From positions 17,506 through 81,505 of the forward strand of contig JAPLRS010000037.1 of assembly GCA_026399015.1 (NCBI GenBank): DNA of 64,000 bases, in the 5' to 3' direction. This DNA comes from Methylococcales bacterium. Lineage in GTDB: Bacteria > Pseudomonadota > Gammaproteobacteria > Methylococcales > Methylomonadaceae. The translations under genes were made by a program, and so were the position numbers. Position 1 is the first letter of the stretch. Each line of letters starts with the position of its first letter. Below, piece after piece: positions 10,170-21,280 of the stretch. Under the pieces are notes generated by a model, which saw nothing but the letters and a program-made list of their open reading frames with translations, was not told the origin of the DNA and searched no databases.

Positions 10170-11450
10170 TTAATGACCTTTTATACGCACAATACCCATT
10201 AACTTAAGCGTCATTCTTTCATAAAAAGGCTCACTGATACCTTTTCTTATCTTTCGCATAAAGTATTTCTCAAAACCGATCTTAGCTAAATGCACCCATT
10301 TACCGTGTGCAGACCAAGTTACGTTACGGGGTGGTATTTGAGGAACCGCCATAAATGCTACACCAGAATCACCAAAATCTGCTAGACATAGCGCATTTAA
10401 CGAGGCATGATGTGTGGGTTCTTTACCGGCTAATTGCTCTGCAATATTATGGGCTGTTGCAGTCACCATAGATTCAATCATATAGCCTGTTTTCGGTGTG
10501 CCGACCGGTAAGGGTGTTTTTTCAACGGGCGGTAATGCAACACAAACACCCACAGAGTATATATTTTTAAAAGTTGGGTTACGTTGATGCTCATCAATCA
10601 AAACAAAACCGCGCGGATTAACGAGGCCTTCTGCGGCCTCGTTACGGACAGCATCAATACCTGTAAAAGCCGGCAACATCATTGAATGTTTGAAAGGCAG
10701 TTCGTGTTTCTTTTTATCGACCCCTTCATCATCTACTTCGGTTACAAACATCATGCCTTCTTCAATCTTATCGACCTTAGCATTGGTAACCCATTTAATA
10801 GATTTATCACGTAATGCACTTTCTAATAAACCTTTAGTATCACCCACACCACCTAAACCAAGATGGCCAATATAAGGCTCTGCAGTCACAAAAGTCATTG
10901 GGACTTTATCGCGTATTTTCCTGTTTCGTAATTCTGTTTCCAAAATCATTAAATATTCATAAGCAGGACCGTAACAAGAAGCCCCTTGCACAGCACCAAT
11001 AATGATCGGCCCAGGATTTTCCATGAATTTATCCCAATCCTGTGCCGCAACAGCCGCATGATCAACATGACATACAGAAGATGTAAATCCATCAGGACCG
11101 AGACCTGGAATTTCATCAAAAGCTAAACGAGGACCTGTAGCAATAATCAAAAAGTCATATTCAACAGCAGAACCATCAGCCAATAATACTTGATTATTAT
11201 TAGGCTCTATTTTCACTGCTGCTTTTTGAATAAACTCGATGCCTTTCTTTTTCATGACCGGTGCTAACTCAATTTTTAAGTCTTCCGGTTTGCGCCACTT
11301 GGGTGGTACCCAAGGATTCGAGGGGACAAAGTGAAAAGTAGGGCTATCAGAAATAACAATAACCTCATGTTTTTTGCCTACCGTTTCTTTCATTTCATAA
11401 GCCATTGGAACACCACCAATGCCAGCACCTAAAACAACTATGCGCGCCAT
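10170..11450 (-). CDS. sqr: Sulfide:quinone oxidoreductase (type I/IV-like)
   Basis: GAGIGG FAD motif, [38 protein letters not shown]. Confidence 0.93.
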   Translation of the reverse strand: MARIVVLGAGIGGVPMAYEMKETVGKKHEVIVISDSPTFHFVPSNPWVPPKWRKPEDLKIELAPVMKKKGIEFIQKAAVKIEPNNNQVLLADGSAVEYDFLIIATGPRLAFDEIPGLGPDGFTSSVCHVDHAAVAAQDWDKFMENPGPIIIGAVQGASCYGPAYEYLMILETELRNRKIRDKVPMTFVTAEPYIGHLGLGGVGDTKGLLESALRDKSIKWVTNAKVDKIEEGMMFVTEVDDEGVDKKKHELPFKHSMMLPAFTGIDAVRNEAAEGLVNPRGFVLIDEHQRNPTFKNIYSVGVCVALPPVEKTPLPVGTPKTGYMIESMVTATAHNIAEQLAGKEPTHHASLNALCLADFGDSGVAFMAVPQIPPRNVTWSAHGKWVHLAKIGFEKYFMRKIRKGISEPFYERMTLKLMGIVRIKGH

Positions 11451-11821
11451 ACTATTCTCCTCATTATTGAATATTATTCTAGTTGATTGCCCACAATTAA
11501 CCCTTTATTTTTAAGGTTATGTGATTTAAAGTACGCTAAGATCTATAAAACAACTAAACATTGAAACTAATCAGTCAGATAACAAAGTTAGGAGCACTCT
11601 ATAAGATATAAAAAAAGAATTAGAATTAGACAACAGCATACAATAACCTTATTATATATCCTTTTATTAGATATATATATCTTATTATGAGATATATATA
11701 AAAAAGTATTATTACTAAACTTTATGTGTTTTATTTACCTCAGGGCATTGGCTTTATTCACACTCGATGCTGTTTAAAAATAGTCTACTATTCATAGACT
11801 TAAATCCAAAAAGAGGACCCC

Positions 11822-13384
11822 ATGATTTCTGAATCTATAGTTGATTTATCCCGCTGGCAATTTGCAGCGACTTCCTTATATCACTTCCTATTTGTCCCCC
11901 TTACCTTGGGTCTATCCTTTTTACTTGCTATTATGGAGTCTACCTATGTAATGACTGGTAAAGAGATTTATAAGGATATGACCCAGTTCTGGGGAAAACT
12001 GTTCGGCATTAACTTTGCGTTAGGCGTTACAACAGGCCTAACGATGGAGTTTCAATTTGGCATGAATTGGTCATATTTCTCGCATTATGTTGGTGATATT
12101 TTCGGTGCTCCATTAGCTATCGAAGGATTAATGGCTTTCTTTCTTGAAGCTACTTTTGTGGGCTTATTTTTCTTTGGCTGGGACAAGTTACGTAAAGGCC
12201 AACATTTACTAGTTACCTGGCTCGTCGCTTTGGGTACAAACTTATCTGCTTTATGGATTTTAGTAGCTAATGGTTGGATGCAAAACCCAGTCGGTGCAGA
12301 CTTTAATTACGAAACCATGCGCATGGAACTATCTAGCTTTGGTTCTTTACTGTTTAACCCTGCCGCACAAGTTAAATTTGTTCATACTGTAGCCGCTGGC
12401 TACACTACAGCCTCTGCTTTTGTATTGGGCATTAGCGCATTTTATATGCTAAAAGGCCGCGATGCCGCATTCGCACAACGTTCTTATACGATCGCGGCTG
12501 GTTTTGGCTTAGCAGCTATTTTGTCTGTTATTGTCTTAGGAGATGAAAGTGGTTATACCGATGGTGAAGTGCAAAAAGCTAAACTAGCGGCTATTGAAGC
12601 TGAATGGCATACAGAACCTGCCCCAGCCGCTTTTACCGCTATTGGCATTCCCGATCAAGATGCTATGGAAACTCACTATGCAGTGCAAATTCCATGGGTC
12701 TTAGGGCTAATTGGCACTCGCTCAATTGACACCCCTATTACAGGCCTAACAGAAATATTAGAAAAAAATCGCCAACGTATTCGGAATGGAATGAAAGCAT
12801 ACAGTAGCTTACAAACACTTCGTGCTGGTCAGCGTGATGAGGCAACCGTAGCAGAATTCAATCTTAATAAAGCAGATTTAGGCTATGGATTATTACTTAA
12901 ACGTTATACCGATAAAGTTGTTGATGCTACTGAAGAGCAAATTGAACTAGCTACAAAATATTCAATTCCCCGAGTGGTACCCTTATTTTGGACCTTTAGA
13001 GTCATGGTGGCTTGTGGTTTTATAATGCTGGGTATTTTTGTCTTGGCCGTTATTGCCAGCTCAATTAGAAAGTGCCGCCAAAACTGGCTCTTACGCGCCA
13101 GTTTATACATGATGCCTTTACCTTGGATTGCCTGTGAATCTGGTTGGTTTGTAGCAGAGTTTGGTCGTCAACCTTGGACTATCGCCGAAATCTTACCTAC
13201 TTTTTTAAGTGCATCCTCTTTAACTGAATTAGATCTATACATTAGTTTAGCCAGTTACATAAGTTTATATACTATATTTTTAGTTATAGAAATGTTCTTA
13301 ATGCTGAAATTTATTAAACAAGGTCCTAGCAGCCTCCATAAAGGTCGCTACCATTTTGAAATTGCTAAAGGAGCTTCATTATGA
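11822..13384 (+). CDS. cydA: Cytochrome bd oxidase subunit I (long Q-loop)
   Basis: HFLFVPLT, EFQFGMNW, KLAAIEA, FRVMV, EFGRQPW. Confidence 0.97.
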   Translation: MISESIVDLSRWQFAATSLYHFLFVPLTLGLSFLLAIMESTYVMTGKEIYKDMTQFWGKLFGINFALGVTTGLTMEFQFGMNWSYFSHYVGDIFGAPLAIEGLMAFFLEATFVGLFFFGWDKLRKGQHLLVTWLVALGTNLSALWILVANGWMQNPVGADFNYETMRMELSSFGSLLFNPAAQVKFVHTVAAGYTTASAFVLGISAFYMLKGRDAAFAQRSYTIAAGFGLAAILSVIVLGDESGYTDGEVQKAKLAAIEAEWHTEPAPAAFTAIGIPDQDAMETHYAVQIPWVLGLIGTRSIDTPITGLTEILEKNRQRIRNGMKAYSSLQTLRAGQRDEATVAEFNLNKADLGYGLLLKRYTDKVVDATEEQIELATKYSIPRVVPLFWTFRVMVACGFIMLGIFVLAVIASSIRKCRQNWLLRASLYMMPLPWIACESGWFVAEFGRQPWTIAEILPTFLSASSLTELDLYISLASYISLYTIFLVIEMFLMLKFIKQGPSSLHKGRYHFEIAKGASL

Positions 13385-14520
13385 TTTTTGATTATGAAAC
13401 TATGCGCTTAATCTGGTGGGCCTTACTAGGCGCACTCTTAATAGGCTTTGCCATCACCGGCGGTTTTGACTTAGGTGTAGCAACACTACTACCTTTTTTA
13501 GGTAAAAATGATACCGAACGACGAGTCATCATCAATAGTGTTGGTGCTACTTGGGAAGGTAATCAAGTTTGGTTAGTCACAGCGGGAGGCGCCCTATTTG
13601 CAGCTTGGCCGTTAGCTTATTCTGTCGCTTTTTCTGGCTTTTACTTAGCATTACTACTTACCTTGTCTGCTTTATTTTTAAGACCTTTAGGTTTTGATTA
13701 TCGGAGTAAATTACCCTCTGAAAAATGGCGTCGCAACTGGGATATTGCCTTATTTGCTGGAGGGTTAGTCCCTGCATTAATTTTTGGCGTAGCTTTTGGT
13801 AACTTATTAGAAGGAGTTCCCTTTCATTTTAACAACGAAATGCGTATTTTTTACACGGGTTCATTCTGGGGCTTATTAAATCCTTTTGCTATAGTAGCTG
13901 GTGTCGTTAGCGTAAGTATGATTGTTATGCACGGAGGAGTTTATTTACAAATGAAAACCGAAGGTGACATTTACGAACGGAGTAAAACTGTTGTAACTAT
14001 TTTTAGTTTAATCACTTTGGTTGTGTTTGGTTTAGCGGGTATTTGGATTGCAAATATTGACGGTTATCAAATTAGTAGCATTGTATCTCCAAATACGTAT
14101 TCCGACCCCTTAGCAAAAACCGTGATAAAAGCACCCGGCTTATGGTTAGCTAATTATGGCCATTACCCTATACTATGGTTTTTTCCTGTATTAGCATTTG
14201 TTACAGGGCTGATTACTTTAATATTATCTAAGATTAATCGACCAGGCCTAGCATTTATTAGTAGCTCTTTAACCTTAGCGCTTATTATCTTAACCGCTGG
14301 AGTTTCAATGTTTCCATTCTTAATTCCATCTAGTTCGGAGCTAAATAGCTCATTAACAATATGGGATGCAAGCTCTAGTTTAAGTACTTTAAAAATCATG
14401 CTTTGGGTTACGCTAATCTTCTTACCAATTGTACTAACTTATACATCATGGGCATTTAGAGTGTTACGTGGAAAAATAACCCTTGATCATATTCACCAAA
14501 ACGATCATACAGCTTATTAG
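13381..14520 (+). CDS. cydB: Cytochrome bd oxidase subunit II
   Basis: GFDLGV, WEGNQVWL, SLTIWDASSS. Confidence 0.97.
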   Translation: MIFDYETMRLIWWALLGALLIGFAITGGFDLGVATLLPFLGKNDTERRVIINSVGATWEGNQVWLVTAGGALFAAWPLAYSVAFSGFYLALLLTLSALFLRPLGFDYRSKLPSEKWRRNWDIALFAGGLVPALIFGVAFGNLLEGVPFHFNNEMRIFYTGSFWGLLNPFAIVAGVVSVSMIVMHGGVYLQMKTEGDIYERSKTVVTIFSLITLVVFGLAGIWIANIDGYQISSIVSPNTYSDPLAKTVIKAPGLWLANYGHYPILWFFPVLAFVTGLITLILSKINRPGLAFISSSLTLALIILTAGVSMFPFLIPSSSELNSSLTIWDASSSLSTLKIMLWVTLIFLPIVLTYTSWAFRVLRGKITLDHIHQNDHTAY

Positions 14521-14529
14521 GAGCAACCG

Positions 14530-15099
14530 ATGTGGTACTTTACTTGGATACTTGGTTTATTATTAGCCTGTTCATTAGGCATTATTAATGTCCTTAGATT
14601 AGAAGCACAAGAAGCTTGGGACAGAGAGCATCTTGCACTAGACCCCGTTACACATTTAATGACCAAAGAAACAATGCTAGGTCGTTTAAAAGAAAAAGTA
14701 GAAAACTCGAAACGCAATGGTTTTCCATTTTCTATTATTCTATTAAATCTAAATGATTTTAAAACGCGAAATAACATAGCTAACTATGAAATGGATAGTA
14801 TTTTGCGAGGGGTAACGAATTGCTTCAAAGATGAAATTAGAGCTGGCGTTGATATTGCGGCAAGATTACATGAAGATGAATTTTTAATCGCCATGCCTGG
14901 TTCACCGCAAAATAAAGCAGAGGAAATCGCGCTACAAATTAAAAAAACCATCAGTGAAAGAGTTCAAGCTCCGCAAGGAGTTAAAGTTGAATTATCAACA
15001 GGGGTAGCTGAATTTTCTAATGCAACCGAACTATTAGCAACTTCAACACTAGACGTAGACAATTTAATCAACATCGCTATAGCAAATAGCCGCACATAA
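14530..15099 (+). CDS. cydX: CydX small subunit fused to a degenerate GGDEF-like domain
   Basis: N-terminus MWYFTWILGLLLACSLGII matches CydX; then DPVTHL, FSIILLNLNDFK, ARLHEDEF, LSTGVAEF. Confidence 0.85.
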   Translation: MWYFTWILGLLLACSLGIINVLRLEAQEAWDREHLALDPVTHLMTKETMLGRLKEKVENSKRNGFPFSIILLNLNDFKTRNNIANYEMDSILRGVTNCFKDEIRAGVDIAARLHEDEFLIAMPGSPQNKAEEIALQIKKTISERVQAPQGVKVELSTGVAEFSNATELLATSTLDVDNLINIAIANSRT

Positions 15100-15116
15100 A
15101 TCCCTCCACTCAATAC

Positions 15117-15148
15117 AAGGGACGTTTTTTTTACATCGCGTCCCTTTT
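15117..15148 (+). terminator. Terminator after cydABX
   Basis: AAGGGACG...CGTCCCTT followed by Ts. Confidence 0.55.
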
Positions 15149-15175
15149 AACACAATCTTAAGCTAACAAACAATC

Positions 15176-15619
15176 ATGATTAACAAAACTGTCTGGATTC
15201 ACAAAGTTGGTGATTTATTAGTTGATAGCTTCCACTACCTAGCATTATTTGGCATTGGCGCAACAATTGTTTGGTCAGCAATCCATGACTATATCGAAAT
15301 GATGAAGACAGGGCACGCTGATTTAGAAGATATATTGTTACTCTTCATTTATTTAGAACTTGGTGCTATGGTCGGCACCTACTTTAAAACTCGTCGGCTA
15401 CCTGTACAATTCCTAATTTATATTGCTATCACAGCTTTATCTCGTCACTTAGTCATTGATGTACAAAAAGTAGCCGACAGTTTTCATCTTTATTTATTGC
15501 TTGGTATCACTTTTGCCATTGCTTTACTTAGTGTTGCTATATTCATCTTATCTTACACTGGTAAAAATTACGGTTGCCCGGAAGATAACGAGTTCGACCG
15601 AAAAAAACAATCCAGTTGA
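15176..15619 (+). CDS. PsiE-family membrane protein
   Basis: DILLLFIYLELGAMVGTYFKT.RLPV.FLIYIAITAL.R. Confidence 0.88.
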   Translation: MINKTVWIHKVGDLLVDSFHYLALFGIGATIVWSAIHDYIEMMKTGHADLEDILLLFIYLELGAMVGTYFKTRRLPVQFLIYIAITALSRHLVIDVQKVADSFHLYLLLGITFAIALLSVAIFILSYTGKNYGCPEDNEFDRKKQSS

Positions 15620-15657
15620 TTCTAAATACGTTATAACCAAATAAAATCTATCTAGCA

Positions 15658-17337
15658 CTATAGCTGGCTTAAAACCCCATTCTCCATCGTATAAACGTTA
15701 TCCATCAATGCTAAACCAACAACTCGATGCGTCAGCATAACAATAGTTTTATGCTGGGCAAAGTCACTTAAAGCGTTAAAAACCTCGCGTTCTGTATCAG
15801 CGTCTAAGCCTTCTGTGGGTTCATCTAAAATCAATATTGGTGCATCTTTGAGATAAAGTCGAGCTAAAGCAATTCGACGCGCCTCTCCACCTGAGACTTT
15901 AACACCACTTTCACCCACCCAAGTATCAATTCCATCAGGTAAAGAACTAACAAACTTTTTTAAGCCTGCTGCATTGATAGCAGCATCTAATTCTACTGTT
16001 GTTGCGGAAGGCTTCGCTATTAATAAATTCTCTTTTATAGTCGCAGCAAACAGCTGACTTCGTTGTGACAATACACCGAAACAAGTCATTAATTGTTCAG
16101 TAGCATAAGATTTTAATGACTGCTGTGCCAACTTAACTTCACCTAAATCAGGATCGTAATACCGCATCAGCAAATGCAGTAAGGTCGTTTTACCTGACCC
16201 ACTCGCTCCAACAATCGCAACTTTTGTACCTTGTAATATAGACAAATTAATATGTTTTAAAACCCAATCTTGCTGCTGTGAATACCTAAAACTTATATCA
16301 CTTAAGTGTAAATCAAACTGTTTAGGTAATAAAACCGCTTGCTGAGGTTCTTTTATAGAAGGCTCCAATTCCACAATTTGCCTGATACGTTGAGCGGACT
16401 TTTGTAATTTTGCCAACATTTGTATGGCCTGTGGCAATGGCGTCACCAATTCGAAAGTTGCTAACACACAAAAAACAACCAATGCGACTTCAGGACCCGT
16501 AAGTTTATTTTCTGTAAATAAAAACCCAGCAAAAACTAAAGCTAGCAATAAGCTTACTTGCGATAATAAATATGTCAGTGCAGAGGAAATTGCCGTTAGC
16601 TGATTATTTTGCCTCTGCGTATGAATCATACGATCTGAAAACTGACTAAGAAAAGCACTAAAGCGATCATAAGCCTGATTTGCCACCAAGTCGGTAAACC
16701 CTTGAAAAGTATCTACCTGCCGAATCTTATAATTAGCCATTAAGACAGTTATTCTCTCGGCGCCTTCATTTCCTAATTGATTGAATACCCATGGGATAAG
16801 TAATCCTGCAACCAGCAAAATAACTCCATTTGTAATACTAATAACAGGTGCATAAGTTGCCAAAAAAGCAGTTACAACTACTCCGCCTATTATCGCAACC
16901 GTAATAGGTGCTACCAATCGTAAATACAGTGCATCTAATGCATCAATATCTGAGGTCATCCGCGACAACAAATCACCACTTCGAATCAACGCCAAACGCC
17001 CAGGAAGCAAAGGTATAGTGTGTTGAAAAAACCAACTTCTAATATGAGCTAACACTCGAAAAGTTGCCTCATGCGTCACCAAGCGCTCAGCATAACGACC
17101 TAGGGTACGCGTAATAGCTAAAGCTCGAATCTGAGCCGCAGGTAGCATAAAATTAAAAGCTAAAGCATTGCCATCTATAGCCACTAATCCGGCAATCGCC
17201 GATGCACTGATAAACCACCCCGACAAAGTTAATAAAATAATAGCCGCCAAACTAGTGAGTAAAGACAGGGCTACCCCCGCCAATAACCATGCGCTATAGG
17301 GTTTAAATAGTTTTAAAAAAAACCAAGCATCTCTCAT
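15658..17337 (-). CDS. cydC: ABC exporter CydC
   Basis: RYAERLVTHEATFR, GDLLSR, GASGSGKT, SGGEARR. Confidence 0.95.
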   Translation of the reverse strand: MRDAWFFLKLFKPYSAWLLAGVALSLLTSLAAIILLTLSGWFISASAIAGLVAIDGNALAFNFMLPAAQIRALAITRTLGRYAERLVTHEATFRVLAHIRSWFFQHTIPLLPGRLALIRSGDLLSRMTSDIDALDALYLRLVAPITVAIIGGVVVTAFLATYAPVISITNGVILLVAGLLIPWVFNQLGNEGAERITVLMANYKIRQVDTFQGFTDLVANQAYDRFSAFLSQFSDRMIHTQRQNNQLTAISSALTYLLSQVSLLLALVFAGFLFTENKLTGPEVALVVFCVLATFELVTPLPQAIQMLAKLQKSAQRIRQIVELEPSIKEPQQAVLLPKQFDLHLSDISFRYSQQQDWVLKHINLSILQGTKVAIVGASGSGKTTLLHLLMRYYDPDLGEVKLAQQSLKSYATEQLMTCFGVLSQRSQLFAATIKENLLIAKPSATTVELDAAINAAGLKKFVSSLPDGIDTWVGESGVKVSGGEARRIALARLYLKDAPILILDEPTEGLDADTEREVFNALSDFAQHKTIVMLTHRVVGLALMDNVYTMENGVLSQL

Positions 17338-19049
17338 CGCTGTACCTCACCATGAGCTAGCTTGATACACTTATCCATTCGATCAATGACTAATGGATCA
17401 TGAGTGGCAATAATTAAAGTTTTATCTTTAAATAATTGTTCAATAACTTCTAATAATTTTATTTTGTTAGTCTCATCTAGATTAGCTGTCGGCTCATCTA
17501 AAATAATAATCTCACTATTCTTTAAAAAGGCTCTAGCGAGAGCAACTCGTTGCAATTGTCCACCAGATAACCCATAACCACGCTCACCAATTTGAGTTTC
17601 TAATCCCGCAAACTCAGTAACTCCAGCAGCCTTTGCAGCTTCATAAATTTGTTCTAAGCTTGCATCCGGCTCTGCTAAGGCAATATTTTCTTTTACACTG
17701 CCATGAAAAATAGCCGCACTTTGGCCTACCCAAGCGATCATTTTTGTTGATTTTGTTTGATTGACGATATCGCCCTTTAATAAAACTGTGCCGCTAGTTG
17801 GTTGTTCAAAACCCAACAATAAATTAATCAATGTTGTTTTACCCGCGCCAGACTCTCCGATTAAAGCAACTTTTTCACCTTTTTGTATTGATAAATCTAT
17901 GTCAATTAATACAGTTCTCTGAGTATAATTTTTACATACTTTATTGAAAATTATCAGAGACTTATCAATATTACAATATGAATGCGTAGAGATATTTTTT
18001 AAGACTGGTTCTTGTTCCAGTACTGCTAATATGGCATCACTGGCTCCTAATGCAGTTGCTCGATCATGATAATTAACTGCCAATTGCCTAAATGGCATAA
18101 AAAACTCAGGTGCTAACAACAATACAAATAGGGCCTCTTTTAAAGTTATATGTTCAGCTGGACCAAAAGGCATTTGACCTAATAAACCTAAACCCACATA
18201 AACAGCAACCAAAGCAACAGCTACCGCGCTAAAAAATTCTAAAACTGCAGAAGATAAAAAGGCAATGTGCAATACAGCCATAGTTTTTTCTCTAAAACCT
18301 TCTGCCATCTCATTAATGTTCTTAAGTTCTGCAGTAGCTACTCCAAATAATTTTAAAGTACTTAAGCCTTGTAATCGATCCAGAAAATATCCACTCATCC
18401 TAGACATTGCTAAAAATTGATTTCGACTTGCAGATGCTGCACCCATACCAATTAATGCCATAAATACAATCACTAAAGGCCCGGTTACTAGAAATATGAT
18501 TCCAACGACCCAATTGACTGGCATTACAACCAAAATAAAAATAATAGGTAAAATTCCGACCAGCATTTGCTGAGGTAAATAACGCGAAAAGTAGTGTTCT
18601 AACGCATCGACTTGCTCTAAAGTCAGTGTGGCTAAAGCTCCACTTTGGTATTGTTTAATAACTGAGGGCCCCAACTCTAAAAACTTGTCTTGCAATTGCT
18701 GTCTAATATTTACCCTTATTCTAGCTCCCGCTTCAAAACCAAAAACAGGATAGCTATATACACAAAGACCTCTGGCAATAAACACCGAGGCAAGCCCCAA
18801 AAAATAGGGTATTAAACTTTCAACAGATAATTTATCAATAATAATCGCTTGTAAAACCAACGCTAACAAAGCTGACTGCCCTATTACGAGGCCCCCATTA
18901 ACTATTCCCACTGTAGTTGCCAACAATACTGACTTTCTGACTTTTTTAGCTTGAGATTTTAACCACACGGCGCAGATTTTCTCTCTGGCTTTATTTTTAT
19001 CAAAATATATTTGATTAGCAGATTCTGTTAGATGCACACGAGTTGTCAT
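17334..19049 (-). CDS. cydD: ABC exporter CydD
   Basis: YFSRYLPQ, TMAVLHIAFLSSAVLEFF, LAPEFF, Walker A. Confidence 0.95.
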   Translation of the reverse strand: MTTRVHLTESANQIYFDKNKAREKICAVWLKSQAKKVRKSVLLATTVGIVNGGLVIGQSALLALVLQAIIIDKLSVESLIPYFLGLASVFIARGLCVYSYPVFGFEAGARIRVNIRQQLQDKFLELGPSVIKQYQSGALATLTLEQVDALEHYFSRYLPQQMLVGILPIIFILVVMPVNWVVGIIFLVTGPLVIVFMALIGMGAASASRNQFLAMSRMSGYFLDRLQGLSTLKLFGVATAELKNINEMAEGFREKTMAVLHIAFLSSAVLEFFSAVAVALVAVYVGLGLLGQMPFGPAEHITLKEALFVLLLAPEFFMPFRQLAVNYHDRATALGASDAILAVLEQEPVLKNISTHSYCNIDKSLIIFNKVCKNYTQRTVLIDIDLSIQKGEKVALIGESGAGKTTLINLLLGFEQPTSGTVLLKGDIVNQTKSTKMIAWVGQSAAIFHGSVKENIALAEPDASLEQIYEAAKAAGVTEFAGLETQIGERGYGLSGGQLQRVALARAFLKNSEIIILDEPTANLDETNKIKLLEVIEQLFKDKTLIIATHDPLVIDRMDKCIKLAHGEVQR

Positions 19050-19208
19050 TTGATGATTAAAAGATAAAAAAGCTGGAAGCCTTATTCTAATTGAAACAAC
19101 TTTGAGAATAAATTATTTGCAAAAATCAAACTTGCCAATTATTAGGTTTGCGATACATTAAAAGCGCAACAACAATGTAACAATAAATTTAATAATGAGG
19201 ATTTAGAG

Positions 19209-19325
19209 ATGGATAAAGTAATTATGTTAGCAAAATTGGCAGGGGCATTTTTAACATTTTATTGCATCACGGTATTTATGCCGATGGTATTTACTTATTT
19301 TTCTAATGGCGATGTCAGACCATAA
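19209..19325 (+). CDS. Putative 38-aa single-pass membrane protein
   Basis: SD GAGGA; MDKVIMLAKLAGAFLTFYCITVFMPMVFTYFSNGDVRP*; below ORF-track cut-off. Confidence 0.6.
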   Translation: MDKVIMLAKLAGAFLTFYCITVFMPMVFTYFSNGDVRP

Positions 19326-19377
19326 TAGCTTGATATTCATAAGTTAGTTTTATACTGACCATGAAAACTAATTATAC

Positions 19378-19407
19378 GGTGGATAACAACCTTAGAAGCT
19401 ATCCACC
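19378..19407. terminator. Hairpin between small ORF and lipA
   Basis: GGTGGATA...TATCCACC. Confidence 0.45.
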
Positions 19408-19453
19408 GCTAGAACTTAATCACATTTATCATACTAAGCTTAACATAATAAAA

Positions 19454-20410
19454 TTAGATAATACTTTTAGCCTGAAGATCCGCATGGTAAGAAGATCTGA
19501 CCATAGGTGCACTTGCAACCTGCCTAAAACCTAATTGCAGAGCAAAAGCACCATATTCATCAAACTGTTGAGGAGTGATATACTCAATAACAGGTAAATG
19601 TGCTTTTGTAGGTTGTAAATATTGACCTAGTGTGAGCATGGAACAACCATGAGCTAGTAAATCTCGCATCACTTGATGAACTTCTTCAGTCGTTTCTCCA
19701 ACCCCTAACATTAAACCAGACTTAGTGGGTGTGTCTGGATGAGCCTTAGCGTACTTTCCTAATAATTCTAATGAGCCATTGTAGTCGGCCCCTGGACGCA
19801 CCTGTTTGTAAAGCCTCGGTACGGTTTCTAAATTATGATTAAACACATCACAAGGTTGCTGAATTAATATAGCAACGGCCTTATCTATACGACCTCTAAA
19901 ATCGGGTACTAAAATCTCAATCTTTGTCTGCGGAGTTTGCTGACGAATAATGCGTATGCATTCTGCAAAATGCCCGGCGCCACCATCTCTTAAATCATCA
20001 CGATCTACAGAGGTAATTACCACATATTTAAGAGCCATGTCTTTAATAGCATCTGCTAAATGTTGTGGCTCATTGACATCTAGTGGCAAGGGCTTACCAT
20101 GAGCAACATCACAAAATGGGCAACGACGCGTACATAAATCCCCCATAATCATAAAAGTTGCAGTGCCATGCTGAAAACATTCTGACAAATTTGGACAAGC
20201 CGCTTCTTCACAAACAGTATGTAATTTATTTTCGCGCAGTAAATTTTTGATGCGACTGACTTCATCACTTGCGGATAACTTTACGCGAATCCAATCTGGT
20301 TTACGCAATACTGTTTCTGAAGGTTCTACCTTAATAGGGATCCGCGCTAATTTTTTAGCGCTACGTTCATGCGAATCAGGAGTAGATCTAGAAGGTGCTT
20401 GATTGGTCAT
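19454..20410 (-). CDS. lipA: Lipoyl synthase
   Basis: [26 protein letters not shown]. Confidence 0.98.
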   Translation of the reverse strand: MTNQAPSRSTPDSHERSAKKLARIPIKVEPSETVLRKPDWIRVKLSASDEVSRIKNLLRENKLHTVCEEAACPNLSECFQHGTATFMIMGDLCTRRCPFCDVAHGKPLPLDVNEPQHLADAIKDMALKYVVITSVDRDDLRDGGAGHFAECIRIIRQQTPQTKIEILVPDFRGRIDKAVAILIQQPCDVFNHNLETVPRLYKQVRPGADYNGSLELLGKYAKAHPDTPTKSGLMLGVGETTEEVHQVMRDLLAHGCSMLTLGQYLQPTKAHLPVIEYITPQQFDEYGAFALQLGFRQVASAPMVRSSYHADLQAKSII

Positions 20411-20412
20411 AT

Positions 20413-21009
20413 TTATAGTGTCGCAGTGATAGCGTGAATAACAGAATTTGCTAGTTGTTTAGAACTAACATTTACACCCAAGTCAGATAATTGGGTGACT
20501 TTGAGACCTGAATAACCACAAGGATTTATATAATCAAAAGGTCGCAAATCCATTGCATTATTAAGACTTAAACCATGGTAACTACCTTGTTTTTTAATTC
20601 TCAGACCAATTGAACCAATCTTTTGCCCTTTAACATATACTCCCGGTGCCTCAGGCCTTGAAACTGCTTCAATACCTAATTGAGCGAGACTAGTAATCAT
20701 TGCTTGTTCTAAAATGGTCACTAAAGATCGAGCATTTAACTGCAAGCGTTGCACATCTAGTAAGGTATAAATAACTACTTGTCCAGGTCCATGATAAGTG
20801 ACTTGCCCACCTCTATCACATTTAACAACCGGAATATCCCCTATATTTAGCAAATGTTCCGTTTTGCCATTTAAGCCTAAAGTATAAACAGGATGATGTT
20901 CAACTATCCATAATTCATCGGATGTAACAACCGTACGCTGATCATTAAACTGTTGCATGGCTTGCCAAGTGGTTTCATAGTCTTGCAAACCTAAATCAAC
21001 TATTTTCAC
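20413..21009 (-). CDS. lipB: Octanoyltransferase
   Basis: [27 protein letters not shown]. Confidence 0.97.
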   Translation of the reverse strand: MKIVDLGLQDYETTWQAMQQFNDQRTVVTSDELWIVEHHPVYTLGLNGKTEHLLNIGDIPVVKCDRGGQVTYHGPGQVVIYTLLDVQRLQLNARSLVTILEQAMITSLAQLGIEAVSRPEAPGVYVKGQKIGSIGLRIKKQGSYHGLSLNNAMDLRPFDYINPCGYSGLKVTQLSDLGVNVSSKQLANSVIHAITATL

Positions 21010-21016
21010 TAATATT

Positions 21017-21280
21017 TTATAGTGCCACTAAAACGTGAGGATGGTCAGTTAAGTCTTGATAAATAGCATCAAGTTGTTGTTTACTATGCGCCTCAATGAC
21101 AACAGTAATTGCCATAAATTTACCATCTTTACTCGGCCTAGATTTAACAGATCCTTCGCTAATATCTGGCACGTGCCGACGCACAATTTCAACAACTAAT
21201 AAATCAAGCTCTATGTCTGCCTTACCCATCGCCTTAATAGGAAACTGACATGGAAATTCAAAAAGGGTCTCTTCCGTCAT
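21017..21280 (-). CDS. ybeD: YbeD (DUF493) family protein
   Basis: [19 protein letters not shown]; conserved position before lipB. Confidence 0.93.
   Translation of the reverse strand: MTEETLFEFPCQFPIKAMGKADIELDLLVVEIVRRHVPDISEGSVKSRPSKDGKFMAITVVIEAHSKQQLDAIYQDLTDHPHVLVAL

Noticed and set aside
14640-15099. Active diguanylate cyclase
   Set aside because: GGDEF reads HEDEF and the metal-binding aspartates are replaced.
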